A stretch of DNA of 64,000 nt. Source: Candidatus Poribacteria bacterium. GTDB lineage: Bacteria > Poribacteria > WGA-4E > GCA-2687025. Position numbers and translations under genes: made by a program. Below the pieces are notes generated by a model, which worked only from the letters and a program-made list of their open reading frames with translations, was not told where the DNA came from and searched no databases. The stretch lies in NCBI GenBank assembly GCA_963665845.2, contig OY762492.1:2944001-3008000 (forward strand). The letters run 5' to 3'. This document shows, one piece after another, positions 38,860 through 48,440 of this stretch (the stretch's first letter is position 1; each line of letters opens with the position of its first letter).

Positions 38860-39443
38860 GGCGTTCGTTCTTTCGGCGTTGGTTGAAGCGGGCGTATCTG
38901 ATCTAGTATCGCGTTCACGGAGGGGCGGTCTGCCTTGTTATCGCCGACATATTTCCATGCGACGACGCCTGACGAGTCGATGACGAAGACGGCGGGCTTC
39001 GCAATCTGCCCGCTTTCAACGCCGTATTCGCGTATCGTTAAGCGGGCCGGGTCGCTCAACACATTATACTCAAGGCTGTTTTCGTTCGCCATCGCCTGCG
39101 CGTTTTCCAAGTTGTCGGCGCTCAACGCCACGAGACGCGCGCCGAGGCGCTGAAAACGGTTCAGGTTCTGTTGCAGCTCCACGAGCTGCTCGCTGCAATT
39201 CGGTCACCACAAGCCGCGGTAAAAAACAAGAACGACAGGCGCGCCTTCCGCCCCGTTGAGCGACCAGTCGCCGCTGGAGCCGCTCAAGGCGAATGGCGGC
39301 GCTTGCTGCCCGACCTCGTTTCCGACGCGGATCTGCGGCGCCGGCGTCTCGGCGGCAGGTTTGGATGAGCAGGCGGCGAAGACCATCGACAGCGCGAGAG
39401 CGGAACAGGCGGGCAGCGTCCAACGGCGCATCGTTTTCTCCAT
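38856..39443 (-). CDS. AhpC/TSA (peroxiredoxin-like) seleno-lipoprotein, 195 aa, U-P-N-C
   Basis: ORFs 39204-39443 and 38856-39182 joined by in-frame TGA (39204-39206): VLVFYRGLW-U-PNCSEQLVELQ; lipobox FAAC. Confidence 0.88.
39173..39189 (-). promoter_or_regulatory. Candidate bacterial SECIS hairpin
   Basis: Identical GCAGCTC-GTG-GAGCTGC at the same spacing from the UGA. Confidence 0.65.
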
Positions 39444-39502
39444 TTCGGTTGACAGCGTTTCCAGGCGCTCGGCGGCGCGGCAGGTTGAATCGCATCCATT
39501 AT

Positions 39503-39531
39503 ATTATGGCATGCGGACAGCAAATCTGCAA
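39503..39531 (-). promoter_or_regulatory. Putative sigma70 promoter of the selenoprotein operon
   Basis: TTGCAG-17bp-CATAAT with a TGn extension; TATAAT adjacent. Confidence 0.5.
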
Positions 39532-39634
39532 ACGGCGCCCGTCGTCATTCCCGTGAAAACGGGAATCTTAGGCGTCGGAGACGCCTACATATCGCGTCTC
39601 CGACCAACATCATCGCATGAGCGTACTACCTGAT

Positions 39635-39885
39635 TGACCTTACGTCTTTAGTTGGGACATGCCGGCGGGCGGACGCGGACGGTTTCTGCGGCGCCTCTGG
39701 ATTCCCGCACGTTTTACCGCACGGGCGGGAATGACGACCTGGGATGCGGCATGTCGGGCGGAATGCCGCCTTTCGGCAATTCTCCTGGCAATCTTTTCAA
39801 TCATGCAAATCTTAGTTCAGACGACAACTACGGCGGCTACGGTCTAAGATTCCCGCATGTTTCACCGCAAGGGCGGGAATGACGA
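39635..39885. repeat. Composite repeat (MITE A end, palindromes, AATCTT module); direct repeat of 41849-42073
   Basis: Near-identical GAATGCCGCCTTTCGGCAATT...AATCTTAGTTCAGACGACAACTACGGCGGCTACGGTCTAAGATTCCCGC in both copies. Confidence 0.88.
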
Positions 39886-39918
39886 CGGGCGGGGACCGTA
39901 GCGGCCCCGCCCTGATCG

Positions 39919-41487
39919 TCATTCGTCCTCGTCTTCGTCTTCCGCCGTTTGGCTGTTTTCATCGGCGGAAGAGGACGCCTGCTCCTGTCGCCGAAGCCGA
40001 TCCTGACCCTTCCACATCTGGTACGCCTCGTAACGCTGCTTCAAGCTGCGGCGCACATTCTCCGGCACATCCGCGTTCTCGATGAGATGCAGATCGAGAA
40101 AGTCAAAGAAGGCGTCCACATCCTCGCGGCTTCTGCCCGGCGACTTCGGCAGCTCCACGCCCGGCGGCAAGAGCAGCGGAAGTTCCTGCGCCTGTTTATC
40201 CGTAGCCGCGCGATCCGCTGTCAGCTCATCAGGCGGGGCGGGAACCCCAGAAGGCGCCGGCGAAACGGGCGGCGCATCGGAAACTCCCGTTCGACCGCCG
40301 TCCGTATAATCGATCAGCGCGCCCGTATAGTCCGCCATCGTCATCCAGTCAACGATTGTCATCTCCTTCACCTTCTCGGAGTTCAAGAATTCAACCGCTT
40401 CTTGGAGAGCTTCCTGCCGCTTATGCTCGGACATGGCGGCGACGCGGTCCTTCCAGTCCAAGCGCATCGGCTCGCTGTCAGGCGGCATCACTTCGTTGTT
40501 CTCGTCAATGTAAAACACCTCAATGTCCTCAGGAGCGACTCCATGGTATTTCAGAAGATGCGCCTCTTCACCGGTCAGGTCTCTCTTGCGCGGTCCTAAC
40601 ATGAACACGGTGTGATCGGGGTCCCCCGTCGCGATCTTGACATGCATGTGGTTGTCTTTGGTCATGACATACCGGTTTCCCAGACGAAAGCCGCCGGTGC
40701 TGTCCGGAAATTTGCGCATCGCGTCGCGCCACAAGATATTGTCCATCGCGGCTTTCTTGATCTGCTCGTCAATGTACGCGTTGAAGTTGGCTTCGTCTTC
40801 AAGCCCTTTTCGCTGATAGAGCCGGGCGAACCGTTTCGGCTCGCTTTGGATCCATTCAATAAGCCCGCGCACCTGCATAATTCCTGCGTAATCGTAGTTG
40901 TCGAGAAAAACGACCCCTAGATCCAGGGCGCGTTGAATCCACTCATTGCGGGGGAAAAGCATGTCGAGATCGCTTCCCGGCGGGGAGTGAGTACGGCTGT
41001 AGTACTCATCATACTCCGCCATGAGCGCGTTGACGGTCTGCGGCCCGTCGTAATCCGCCATCACATATTCCTCATTGTATTTGAATGAAACCTCCGACAG
41101 CCGCGGGGGGCGTCCATCCTTCGTGACGAATTTGTTGTAGAGATCGGTGAGCTTCTTTCGAATTTCCTCCTCTGTTTCCTTCGACAGCTCGCCCGCCCCT
41201 GTCTTTTTCTTTTGATCCTTCCTGAGCGTCTCAAGCCCCATTTCGACAAGCTGCTCCTTGGTCACGATGGGGTCATCGTCGGCGTTCGTTCCGTCATAAA
41301 TGGTGAGGTCTGGATGCTCCGATTTTCCCTGCTCAGCCAGTTGGGACATCAGGACGATGTGTGAGGGGGAGGGCGGCGGCTCGGCCGCCCGCTCTTGTCC
41401 AGAATCCATCCAAAAGAACATCAGAGCAGCCGCCAAGAGAATGACCGCCGCGCCAATGAGAGCGATGCGCGTCTTTTTCATGCTCAT
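39919..41487 (-). CDS. Hypothetical membrane-anchored protein (522 aa)
   Basis: Basic N-terminus plus TM helix; long ORF with AGGAAGG RBS; no family recognised with certainty. Confidence 0.75.
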   Translation of the reverse strand: MSMKKTRIALIGAAVILLAAALMFFWMDSGQERAAEPPPSPSHIVLMSQLAEQGKSEHPDLTIYDGTNADDDPIVTKEQLVEMGLETLRKDQKKKTGAGELSKETEEEIRKKLTDLYNKFVTKDGRPPRLSEVSFKYNEEYVMADYDGPQTVNALMAEYDEYYSRTHSPPGSDLDMLFPRNEWIQRALDLGVVFLDNYDYAGIMQVRGLIEWIQSEPKRFARLYQRKGLEDEANFNAYIDEQIKKAAMDNILWRDAMRKFPDSTGGFRLGNRYVMTKDNHMHVKIATGDPDHTVFMLGPRKRDLTGEEAHLLKYHGVAPEDIEVFYIDENNEVMPPDSEPMRLDWKDRVAAMSEHKRQEALQEAVEFLNSEKVKEMTIVDWMTMADYTGALIDYTDGGRTGVSDAPPVSPAPSGVPAPPDELTADRAATDKQAQELPLLLPPGVELPKSPGRSREDVDAFFDFLDLHLIENADVPENVRRSLKQRYEAYQMWKGQDRLRRQEQASSSADENSQTAEDEDEDE

Positions 41488-41497
41488 TGCCCTTCCT

Positions 41498-41761
41498 TTA
41501 CGGGGTTACGGGATCCCCTTTGTTGAAGCATTCCTCGTTGTTGCCTGTGCCGTCTTTGCTCCAGTAAGTAGCATGGTCGGCGTCTTCTATCACACCTTAG
41601 CGTTGGTATGTCCGCCGACGAGGAGAGCGGAGGCTGCCGCAAGAAGGAGAGCCAGGCCGATGTCAGGCAGCCGACTTACGCGGGGAGGGGGGTACATTGC
41701 TTACATCATGACGGTCGGTTCGTCCGAGAAGCGCGGACTTGAGATTTTTCAGTCGTTACAT
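41498..41761 (-). pseudogene. Remnant of a paralogue of the 33321-34976 secreted protein
   Basis: SPRK-(frameshift)-RLPDIGLALLLAAASALLVGGHTNAKV* aligns with SPRKRRLHKAAQTLLVAATAAVFFGGPAKAAV; ATG is immediately followed by TAA. Confidence 0.55.
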
Positions 41762-41808
41762 TGGTTTATCGTTCCTTTCGACGTTTCAGAAACTTCGCTT
41801 GCGACTTT

Positions 41809-41837
41809 ATCCTAACTGAGTCGTTCTCCCGTGTCAA
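41809..41837 (-). promoter_or_regulatory. Putative sigma70 promoter inside the repeat-flanked cassette
   Basis: TTGACA-17bp-TAGGAT. Confidence 0.55.
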
Positions 41838-41848
41838 CGCCTTTTCAC

Positions 41849-42150
41849 TGACCTCACGTCTTAAGTTGGGATATGCCGGCAGGGAACGCGAACGGTTTCT
41901 ACCAGGACTCTGGATTCCCGCTTGCGCGGGAATGACGACCTGGGATGAGGCATGTCGGCGGAATGCCGCCTTTCGGCAATTTTCCTGGCAATCTTTTCAA
42001 TCATGCAAATCTTAGTTCAGACGACAACTACGGCGGCTACGGTCTAAGATTCCCGCTTACGCGGGAATGACGAATTGGTTAGCGGAGGCTAAGATTCCCG
42101 CTTGCGCGGGAATGACGAGGAGAGAGCGCGGAAATGACGAACTGGTTAGC
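41849..42150. repeat. Composite repeat, direct repeat of 39635-39885 plus extra palindromes
   Basis: TGACCTCACGTCTTAAGTTGGGA end; three ATTCCC-N8-GGGAAT palindromes. Confidence 0.88.
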
Positions 42151-42151
42151 G

Positions 42152-44791
42152 CTAAGGGGAGGGACCGACGCATGGGCGCGCCCCGATCACAGGCTCTCCA
42201 TTCACCAGAAGCGGGCGCGCCGTCTCCGTCTCCAGATCGAACGTCCAGACCTGCCCGTTTCGTTCGTAGATCAGCCCTGTTCCGCCGTTGAGCCATTTGG
42301 GTCGGGCGCCGCCTTGCTGCGTGATTTGGCGAAGCGTTTTCTCCCCGTTTTTTGAAAATTCGGCGATCCATATCTGCGGGCGTTCGTCCTGAACGCGCGT
42401 GAAGGCAAGCGTCATCGGATGCGTCGGCGACCATGCCGGGTGGGCGTCGTAGGCGCTGCCGACAATAAGCGGCTCCAGATGCGCTCTCTTTGTGTCGTAA
42501 AGGTACAGATTCGAGTCGGCGGCGGCGTCCGCGCTGTCCGATTGTTCAGCGGCTGAAAAGGCGATCAGGAACCCGTCTCGACTCCATGCAAGCCCGTCGA
42601 TCTGTTGGAGCGGAACGGCGGCAACCTCCTCCGTCCCTGTTTGCTGACGGCGAATGCGCAGCTGCCCGCCTTTCAGATAGGCGATCGTCTTCCCGTCCGG
42701 CGCGGCGGCCGCCTGTCCCGGCGCCTCCTCCGCAGGAATGAGCTTCGGCGGTCCGGCGCCGTCCCAGAAGCGCAGATTGCGGTCTTCGTCGCGGAACCAT
42801 ACCCCTTTTGTCGACATGGTCAGCTCGCTTCCGATTCCGATCGGTTCCTGCGACCCGTTCGGCGCCAGCGCCCAGATGACGCTGTCCGCTTCATAATACA
42901 CCGGCTCGCGGACGACCGAGGAGACGGAGAACGGCGTCTGCAGCGTCAGGTTGTCGGGGCGCAGACGTTCTAGGGCGGCGCGGTTCGGCTCAAAGGAGCG
43001 CGACTCTTCCAGCTCCCAGCCTGGACCCTTGGCGGCAAACGCAAAGAAAGCGCCTTTCTCCCAGTAGCGCCACTCTTCGATCAAGCGCCCGCGCGCCATG
43101 CGCCGATAGATGTCGTTCGGCTCGCCGTATTTTCGCCGTATGAGCGCGCGGGAGCCGTCGTCCAGCGGCGCGTATCCGCCCGCGTTGTCTGTGGCGACGG
43201 CGCTGACGCGCATATGAATATACGGCGCGACGCTCTCCTCCCAAACATACACCTCCGACGGCGCGCCGGTGAGAGGCGCGTTCGTTCCATAAACGGCGAC
43301 CCCGTCTCCGCGCCCGACCGTTTCATCGCCGGTCGCGTCCACCACCGCCATGATGTAATGGCTCCCTGACGGCAGGCTCAGCGCGAAGTTTCCATAGGCG
43401 TCCAGATCGACGCGGCGCGGCGCGGCGTCCTTGAAGTCGGGCGTTGAAGAGGCGAAGACCCATGCGGCGGAGGGCGTCAAGCCGTCCCAGACGATTCGCC
43501 CCGCGACGCCGGTTGAAATCCCCTCGGACGCTCCGCGGTCGGATTCGACGGCGCCGATAGAGACGACGCGCCCCGCGGGACCGTAAACGCCGGTGATCGG
43601 AGCGACCGCTTCAGCCGGCCCCTCCTCCATGTTCTCTTTCAACTCAAACGGAAGCGGAGGAAAAGAGGCGATGTTCGGCGAACCGTACGCCCCGATGCCG
43701 TCCCCAGGGCTGATATACCCGTCCCCGTCAAAGTCGGCGTTCGCCAAGATGTAGTAGGAGCCGGGGGGCAGCTGGATGGAAAATTTGCCGTTCGGGTCGG
43801 CGGAGGTGTGCGCCGCCGGACGCATCAGGGACGGGTCGGCATGAATCTCAACGGTCGATGAGGCGGAAACGCCTTTAGGCAATTCGACTCTGCCGTTCAA
43901 GGTGAGCAGGTTTCCGCTTCCTTCTTTTGTTAAAGGCTGCAGCCGCCCTTCCCCGTCTCTCTGCGCGGCGATCTTCAGTTCAACCCCCTCCACGATTCCG
44001 CCGGCGGCGTTGAGCGGTTCAGGTTCGATCCGCCCCGTCTCGCTGTTGAGCGCATCGAGACTGCCGAAGGCGTCGCCGGCGTCAAAAATGTTGGAGCGAT
44101 TTCGGTCGGCGACCGCGGCAAGGTAGACCGTTCCGCGCGGCGCTTTCAGCTCAAAAGAGCCGTCTGGGTTGACGCGCGTTTGTCCAACGCGGCGGCGGCG
44201 CGCCGGGTCGTCGAAGGCGAGAATATAAACCGGACCCTTGACGGTGGAAACCGCCTTGCCGCGTATGACCGCCTTCTCCTTGACCGCCGGCTGCGGCAGC
44301 CCGTTCAGCTCGGCGTCCTGAAGGCTCACGATGCGCGGGCGTCCCTGGAACTCAACGCGGGCGGCGGAAATCGGCACCTGTATGTTGTAGGTTCGGCGTC
44401 CGCTTTCGATCTGGACAGCCTGCTTCGTCTCCCGCGTGTTTCCCCAAGAACGAATGCCGTACACGCCGATGGCGTCCCCGGCGTCGAACCCGCCGTTACG
44501 GTTCCGGTCGATGACAGCGGCAAGATAGTACTCGCCCGGCGCCGCTTCAATGTCAAACTTCCCGTCCGCCGCCAGCAGCGGAAACGCCTTCTCCACCTTC
44601 CGAAGCGTCGGGTCCGAGTACAGGTAGACGACCGCCCCTTCAAGGTTTCCATCCTCCCAAACGACCGCCCCGCTGACGCGCCCAGGGTCTGTCTGCTCAG
44701 GCGCCGAGGGGGCTGCCGCTTCTCCATAGGCGGCGCCGGCATAGGCGGCGATCAACGCGCAGGCGGCATAGATACCGATTCGCACATCCAA
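42152..44791 (-). CDS. Secreted protein with four beta-sandwich repeats carrying Dx[DN]x[DN]G-like loops and a C-terminal PD40 propeller
   Basis: Repeats DRNRNGGFDAGD, DRNRSNIFDAGD, DFDGDGYISPGD, DATGDETVGRGD; WSRDG, PAWSP. Confidence 0.75.
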   Translation of the reverse strand: MDVRIGIYAACALIAAYAGAAYGEAAAPSAPEQTDPGRVSGAVVWEDGNLEGAVVYLYSDPTLRKVEKAFPLLAADGKFDIEAAPGEYYLAAVIDRNRNGGFDAGDAIGVYGIRSWGNTRETKQAVQIESGRRTYNIQVPISAARVEFQGRPRIVSLQDAELNGLPQPAVKEKAVIRGKAVSTVKGPVYILAFDDPARRRRVGQTRVNPDGSFELKAPRGTVYLAAVADRNRSNIFDAGDAFGSLDALNSETGRIEPEPLNAAGGIVEGVELKIAAQRDGEGRLQPLTKEGSGNLLTLNGRVELPKGVSASSTVEIHADPSLMRPAAHTSADPNGKFSIQLPPGSYYILANADFDGDGYISPGDGIGAYGSPNIASFPPLPFELKENMEEGPAEAVAPITGVYGPAGRVVSIGAVESDRGASEGISTGVAGRIVWDGLTPSAAWVFASSTPDFKDAAPRRVDLDAYGNFALSLPSGSHYIMAVVDATGDETVGRGDGVAVYGTNAPLTGAPSEVYVWEESVAPYIHMRVSAVATDNAGGYAPLDDGSRALIRRKYGEPNDIYRRMARGRLIEEWRYWEKGAFFAFAAKGPGWELEESRSFEPNRAALERLRPDNLTLQTPFSVSSVVREPVYYEADSVIWALAPNGSQEPIGIGSELTMSTKGVWFRDEDRNLRFWDGAGPPKLIPAEEAPGQAAAAPDGKTIAYLKGGQLRIRRQQTGTEEVAAVPLQQIDGLAWSRDGFLIAFSAAEQSDSADAAADSNLYLYDTKRAHLEPLIVGSAYDAHPAWSPTHPMTLAFTRVQDERPQIWIAEFSKNGEKTLRQITQQGGARPKWLNGGTGLIYERNGQVWTFDLETETARPLLVNGEPVIGARPCVGPSP

Positions 44792-44801
44792 CTCCTTTTT
44801 C

Positions 44802-44989
44802 TGACCTCATGCTGAAAGTTGGGACACTGAACGACCAAAGCCTTTATTCATGGGGAAAAAGGCGCCGCCAACCAGACCGTCCCCCGCTTCCGCGAGGGCA
44901 TGCATTCCCGCGCAAGCGGGAATCTAGAGGCGTCGCAGAAGACGTCCGCGTTCCCATGTTGACCCGTCCCAACTAAAGACGTAAGGTCA
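44802..44989 (+). mobile_element. MITE family A copy (188 bp, with an extra internal palindrome arm)
   Basis: TGACCTCATGCTGAAAGTTGGGACA...GTCCCAACTAAAGACGTAAGGTCA; flanks CCTTTTTC / TCTTTGTC. Confidence 0.8.
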
Positions 44990-45063
44990 TCTTTGTCATT
45001 CTCCGACGCGCATATTCATCAACGTTTCCATAATTATAGACGCAATACGGCTATAGAGGTTGA

Positions 45064-46785
45064 TTAAAAGGAGCCTTCCCCGACAACCGAACCGTGATGC
45101 ATTACCTGAAAACGCCATTCCCGCCGATCTGCAGGCGCTCGAATCGATGCGCCGAACGACTTCCCGCCGTCCGTTGAGCGCATCTCCGCCTTGAACGTCT
45201 CGCCCTCCGAACTGATCTCAACGATCAACCCGCCCCCAACAATAGGCGAACTCGGAACCGCCGCAATCTCGACAAACCCAGGATGGATGGGATTGATGTA
45301 TCCAGCCGTTGTGAACGAAACCCCCTCGCCGATCCGCCCCGAATATTCATAATCGGCGGCGGCGGCGTTGCTTGCAGAGGCAGCGGCAAACCCAATCGAT
45401 ACGACGACTCGATCAACCGACTTTCCAAACTCTCCAAACGAGCCGACGGCGCGCCCCCCCGCCGACGAGAGCTGAAGCGAACGAACCCCCCGCAGCTGCG
45501 TTCCGTCCAGCAGCGCGGCGCGAACCTGAAAATCGCCCGCCCAGCGCTTCGGCGCTTTCAGCTCAAATTGGAGCGGGGCGGAACCGCCGGCCGGCGCGCG
45601 AAACTCTATAAAATGGGAACTCCAGTTCTCAATCTGCGCCGTATGAGTCGGCGTCGGCAGCGACCAGATCCGCTTCGGACGGATGCGAACGTTCAGTTCC
45701 TTGAACCCGTATCTTCCGTCCTGATACGCCGCGTCGTCCGACGCCAGCGCCGTTTGCCAGTCCGCGAACAGCTGCTCTGCCGTTTCAAAACGCCCCCCTA
45801 AACGCAAGGCGCTTTCAACGCTCTGCATGCCGTTCTGCGAATGCTGCACAATCCGCCGAATCATGGATACGCCGCCCCGATGCTCGTAGATATACTGCGC
45901 GAACAGAAACGCCGCCCCGTATTGGGCAAGCGAGCTGCTCAAACCGGACGACCAGTTCACCAGCGATACAGACGGATCCTCCTCAAATTCGCGCACATGA
46001 TCAAGCGGCGCGTATCCGCATAACGACATCGCCAGCTCCGAAGCCGCCTCGTCCAGCCAGGTCTCTTCGTTCGCGTCGTACCGGTAATGAATCAGATGCT
46101 GAAGCTCATGCGCAACGATGCCGAACGCGCCCGCCCCGCCCGGATTGAGCGGATTGGTGTCGATGTACAGCATCTCTATCTCGTTGCTGTGAAACACGAC
46201 GCCGCGGCGTCCGTCCCGCACCTGCCCCCGCGCTTGATTGACCGGCGAAAAATACCCCGCCACATAGGAGCCGAACGGAGGAGTATAGCCGTCTTTGACA
46301 TCCAGAAGCAGCAGGTAGATTCTAGGGTCTCCGTCAATGTCCGGCGGCGCGCCAAACGCCTCCGCCTCAATTTCATAGATTCCGCGCGAGCTGTCCGCCG
46401 CCGTCCGATTTTCAAAGACGTTCAAAAGCGAGTCAACCGTCCGCTGTCCGACGCGCCGATTCCATTGCGAATTCTCGACATAAATGTAGCAGCGGTCTCC
46501 GACGGCGCGGAGCGTAGCGCGGGAAGTGTACTCGTTCTGGTTTTCAAAATCGAAGGCGAAAAAGTCGCGCTGATGCCCAACCTGACGAAGCGGCGGCGCC
46601 CCAAGAGGAACAGCCCGCTCCGCGTCCGGCGCCGGCTGAAGATGCCGAAACAGGTTCTTGAGATACGCCGTGCCATGGATGCTATGCGAAGCGGCGGCGC
46701 CGCACAAAGCAAACAGGCACAAAACGACAGCGAGCGCCGCCCGTCTACTCGGCGGCGGAATGTTCAGAGGTTTCGTCTTTGGCAT
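45064..46785 (-). CDS. Secreted zinc metallopeptidase (M30/hyicolysin-like)
   Basis: DIDGDPRI, VAGYF...N, AHELQHLI, E.TWLDEA.SE, YGAA.LF; start uncertain. Confidence 0.8.
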   Translation of the reverse strand: MPKTKPLNIPPPSRRAALAVVLCLFALCGAAASHSIHGTAYLKNLFRHLQPAPDAERAVPLGAPPLRQVGHQRDFFAFDFENQNEYTSRATLRAVGDRCYIYVENSQWNRRVGQRTVDSLLNVFENRTAADSSRGIYEIEAEAFGAPPDIDGDPRIYLLLLDVKDGYTPPFGSYVAGYFSPVNQARGQVRDGRRGVVFHSNEIEMLYIDTNPLNPGGAGAFGIVAHELQHLIHYRYDANEETWLDEAASELAMSLCGYAPLDHVREFEEDPSVSLVNWSSGLSSSLAQYGAAFLFAQYIYEHRGGVSMIRRIVQHSQNGMQSVESALRLGGRFETAEQLFADWQTALASDDAAYQDGRYGFKELNVRIRPKRIWSLPTPTHTAQIENWSSHFIEFRAPAGGSAPLQFELKAPKRWAGDFQVRAALLDGTQLRGVRSLQLSSAGGRAVGSFGEFGKSVDRVVVSIGFAAASASNAAAADYEYSGRIGEGVSFTTAGYINPIHPGFVEIAAVPSSPIVGGGLIVEISSEGETFKAEMRSTDGGKSFGASIRAPADRREWRFQVMHHGSVVGEGSF

Positions 46786-48439
46786 GCTGCCGCACTTTCG
46801 CTTCGATTTCAGCGTTGTCAGGGTCGAACTCCAGCGCGCTTCTCCATGACTCAATGGCCGCGTCCGCTTGATCCATCTTCAGGTAAGCGTCGCCGAGATG
46901 GTCAAGGATAACGGCGTTGTCCGGGGCGCCTTCCGCCGCGCGTTTCAGGTAGACCGCCGCTTCGTCGTATCGGCTCTGCCGATAGTACGCCCATCCGAGG
47001 CTGTCGAGATAAGCGGGGTTGGCGGGTTCCGCCTCCAGCGCCTTCTGGATCAAGGCCACCGCGTCGTCCAGATGCAAGCCCATATCGGCGTACACATACC
47101 CCACCGTATTGAGTATATTGGGCGACAACGGCGTCGGCGCGCCGGTTCCGCTGACGATGGCTCCCCGTATCATTTCTGCCGCGTCGTTGGGCGCGATTTC
47201 GTTCTCCGCGCAGACCATGCTGATCTGCTGGACAGCGCCCATATTTTCAGGACTGATTTTGAGAATGGTTTGAAGCGTCAGCAGCGCGTTGTTGAGATCG
47301 CCCATGCGCCCGTAGGTCATGGAGAGGCCGAAAAGCGCGTCCATGTTGTTTTTGTCGATCTGCAGCGCCGCGGTGAAACTCTCAAGGGCTTTCTCAGGAT
47401 CGTCGGAAGCGATCAGATGGTATCTTCCCAGCAGCGCATGCGCCTCGGCGATGTTTGGATCGAGACGAATCGCTTCTCGAATATGCGACAGCGCTTCGTC
47501 GTAACGCTCCGCCGCCAGGCAGAAACCGCCCAGCGCGAGCCGCGCCTTGATCGACTCGGGGTCGATCTCAACATACCGCTTGAGCGCCTCAAGAGCCTTG
47601 TCGAACCGCTTCATCCGCAAGTAGATCCCGACAAGAATGTCCACATAATCGTAGTTGGGAGACAGCTTGAGAAACGCCTCATAATTCTCGGCGGCGGCTT
47701 CAAAGTTTTCGAGATAGCTGTGAAGATCCCCCAGGCTCAAAAAAGGCGCCGGCCAGTTCGAGTTGATCTGCGCCGCGCGTTCGTATTCTTGGATGGCAAG
47801 CGTGTAACGCTCCTCGCGCTCATACAGCGCGCCCAGATGAAGGCGGTAACTCGCGTTCAACGGGCGCATATGCGTCAACGCTTCCAGCGCCTCAACCGCC
47901 CGTTCCCATTTGCGCAGGTAATTGGCAAGTCGGGCGACCATCTCTAAGGAAGCCGCATGGGACGGGTCGGCGTCGACCGCTTTCTGAAACATTTCAAACG
48001 CGCTTTGAGTTCGTCCGCTGCTCTCCGCGGCGCGCCCCATGATGTAGTATGCATGCGCGCAGTTCGGATCGATCTCGACCGCTTTTCGGCACATCTCATT
48101 CGCTTTGTGCAGGTTTTGTCCAAAGAGGTAGATCTGGCCGGCATAGGCGTAAAGCCGCGCGGAAGCGTTCCCGCTTTCGTTCGCCAGCTGGATCGCCTTG
48201 TTGATGGCGTCCCGCGCGCCGAGAGTATCGCGCCGGTGGAGGCGGTAAAGAGCGTTCATATAATGGGCGCGCGACTGCGACCGCGCGCGCTCTTCAGGCG
48301 CCAGCGGAGACGCCTCTATTTCTACAGAATCGAACATCGGCTCAACCGCCTGCTCCTGCGCAGCCGCGCCAAGAACCCCGCCAACCGCGCCGATGATTAA
48401 ACCGATCATAAAACCGCGCCATGCCAGACCGCGTTTCAT
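46745..48439 (-). CDS. Tetratricopeptide repeat protein (envelope-associated)
   Basis: N-terminal TM/signal; many TPRs; YLDSLGWAYY...ILDHLGDAY. Confidence 0.88.
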   Translation of the reverse strand: MKRGLAWRGFMIGLIIGAVGGVLGAAAQEQAVEPMFDSVEIEASPLAPEERARSQSRAHYMNALYRLHRRDTLGARDAINKAIQLANESGNASARLYAYAGQIYLFGQNLHKANEMCRKAVEIDPNCAHAYYIMGRAAESSGRTQSAFEMFQKAVDADPSHAASLEMVARLANYLRKWERAVEALEALTHMRPLNASYRLHLGALYEREERYTLAIQEYERAAQINSNWPAPFLSLGDLHSYLENFEAAAENYEAFLKLSPNYDYVDILVGIYLRMKRFDKALEALKRYVEIDPESIKARLALGGFCLAAERYDEALSHIREAIRLDPNIAEAHALLGRYHLIASDDPEKALESFTAALQIDKNNMDALFGLSMTYGRMGDLNNALLTLQTILKISPENMGAVQQISMVCAENEIAPNDAAEMIRGAIVSGTGAPTPLSPNILNTVGYVYADMGLHLDDAVALIQKALEAEPANPAYLDSLGWAYYRQSRYDEAAVYLKRAAEGAPDNAVILDHLGDAYLKMDQADAAIESWRSALEFDPDNAEIEAKVRQHAKDETSEHSAAE

Positions 48440-48440
48440 C

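Noticed and set aside
38281-39443. Interpretation as two nonsense pseudogenes
   Set aside because: The TGA is at the same catalytic position in both paralogues, with a conserved hairpin and otherwise intact frames
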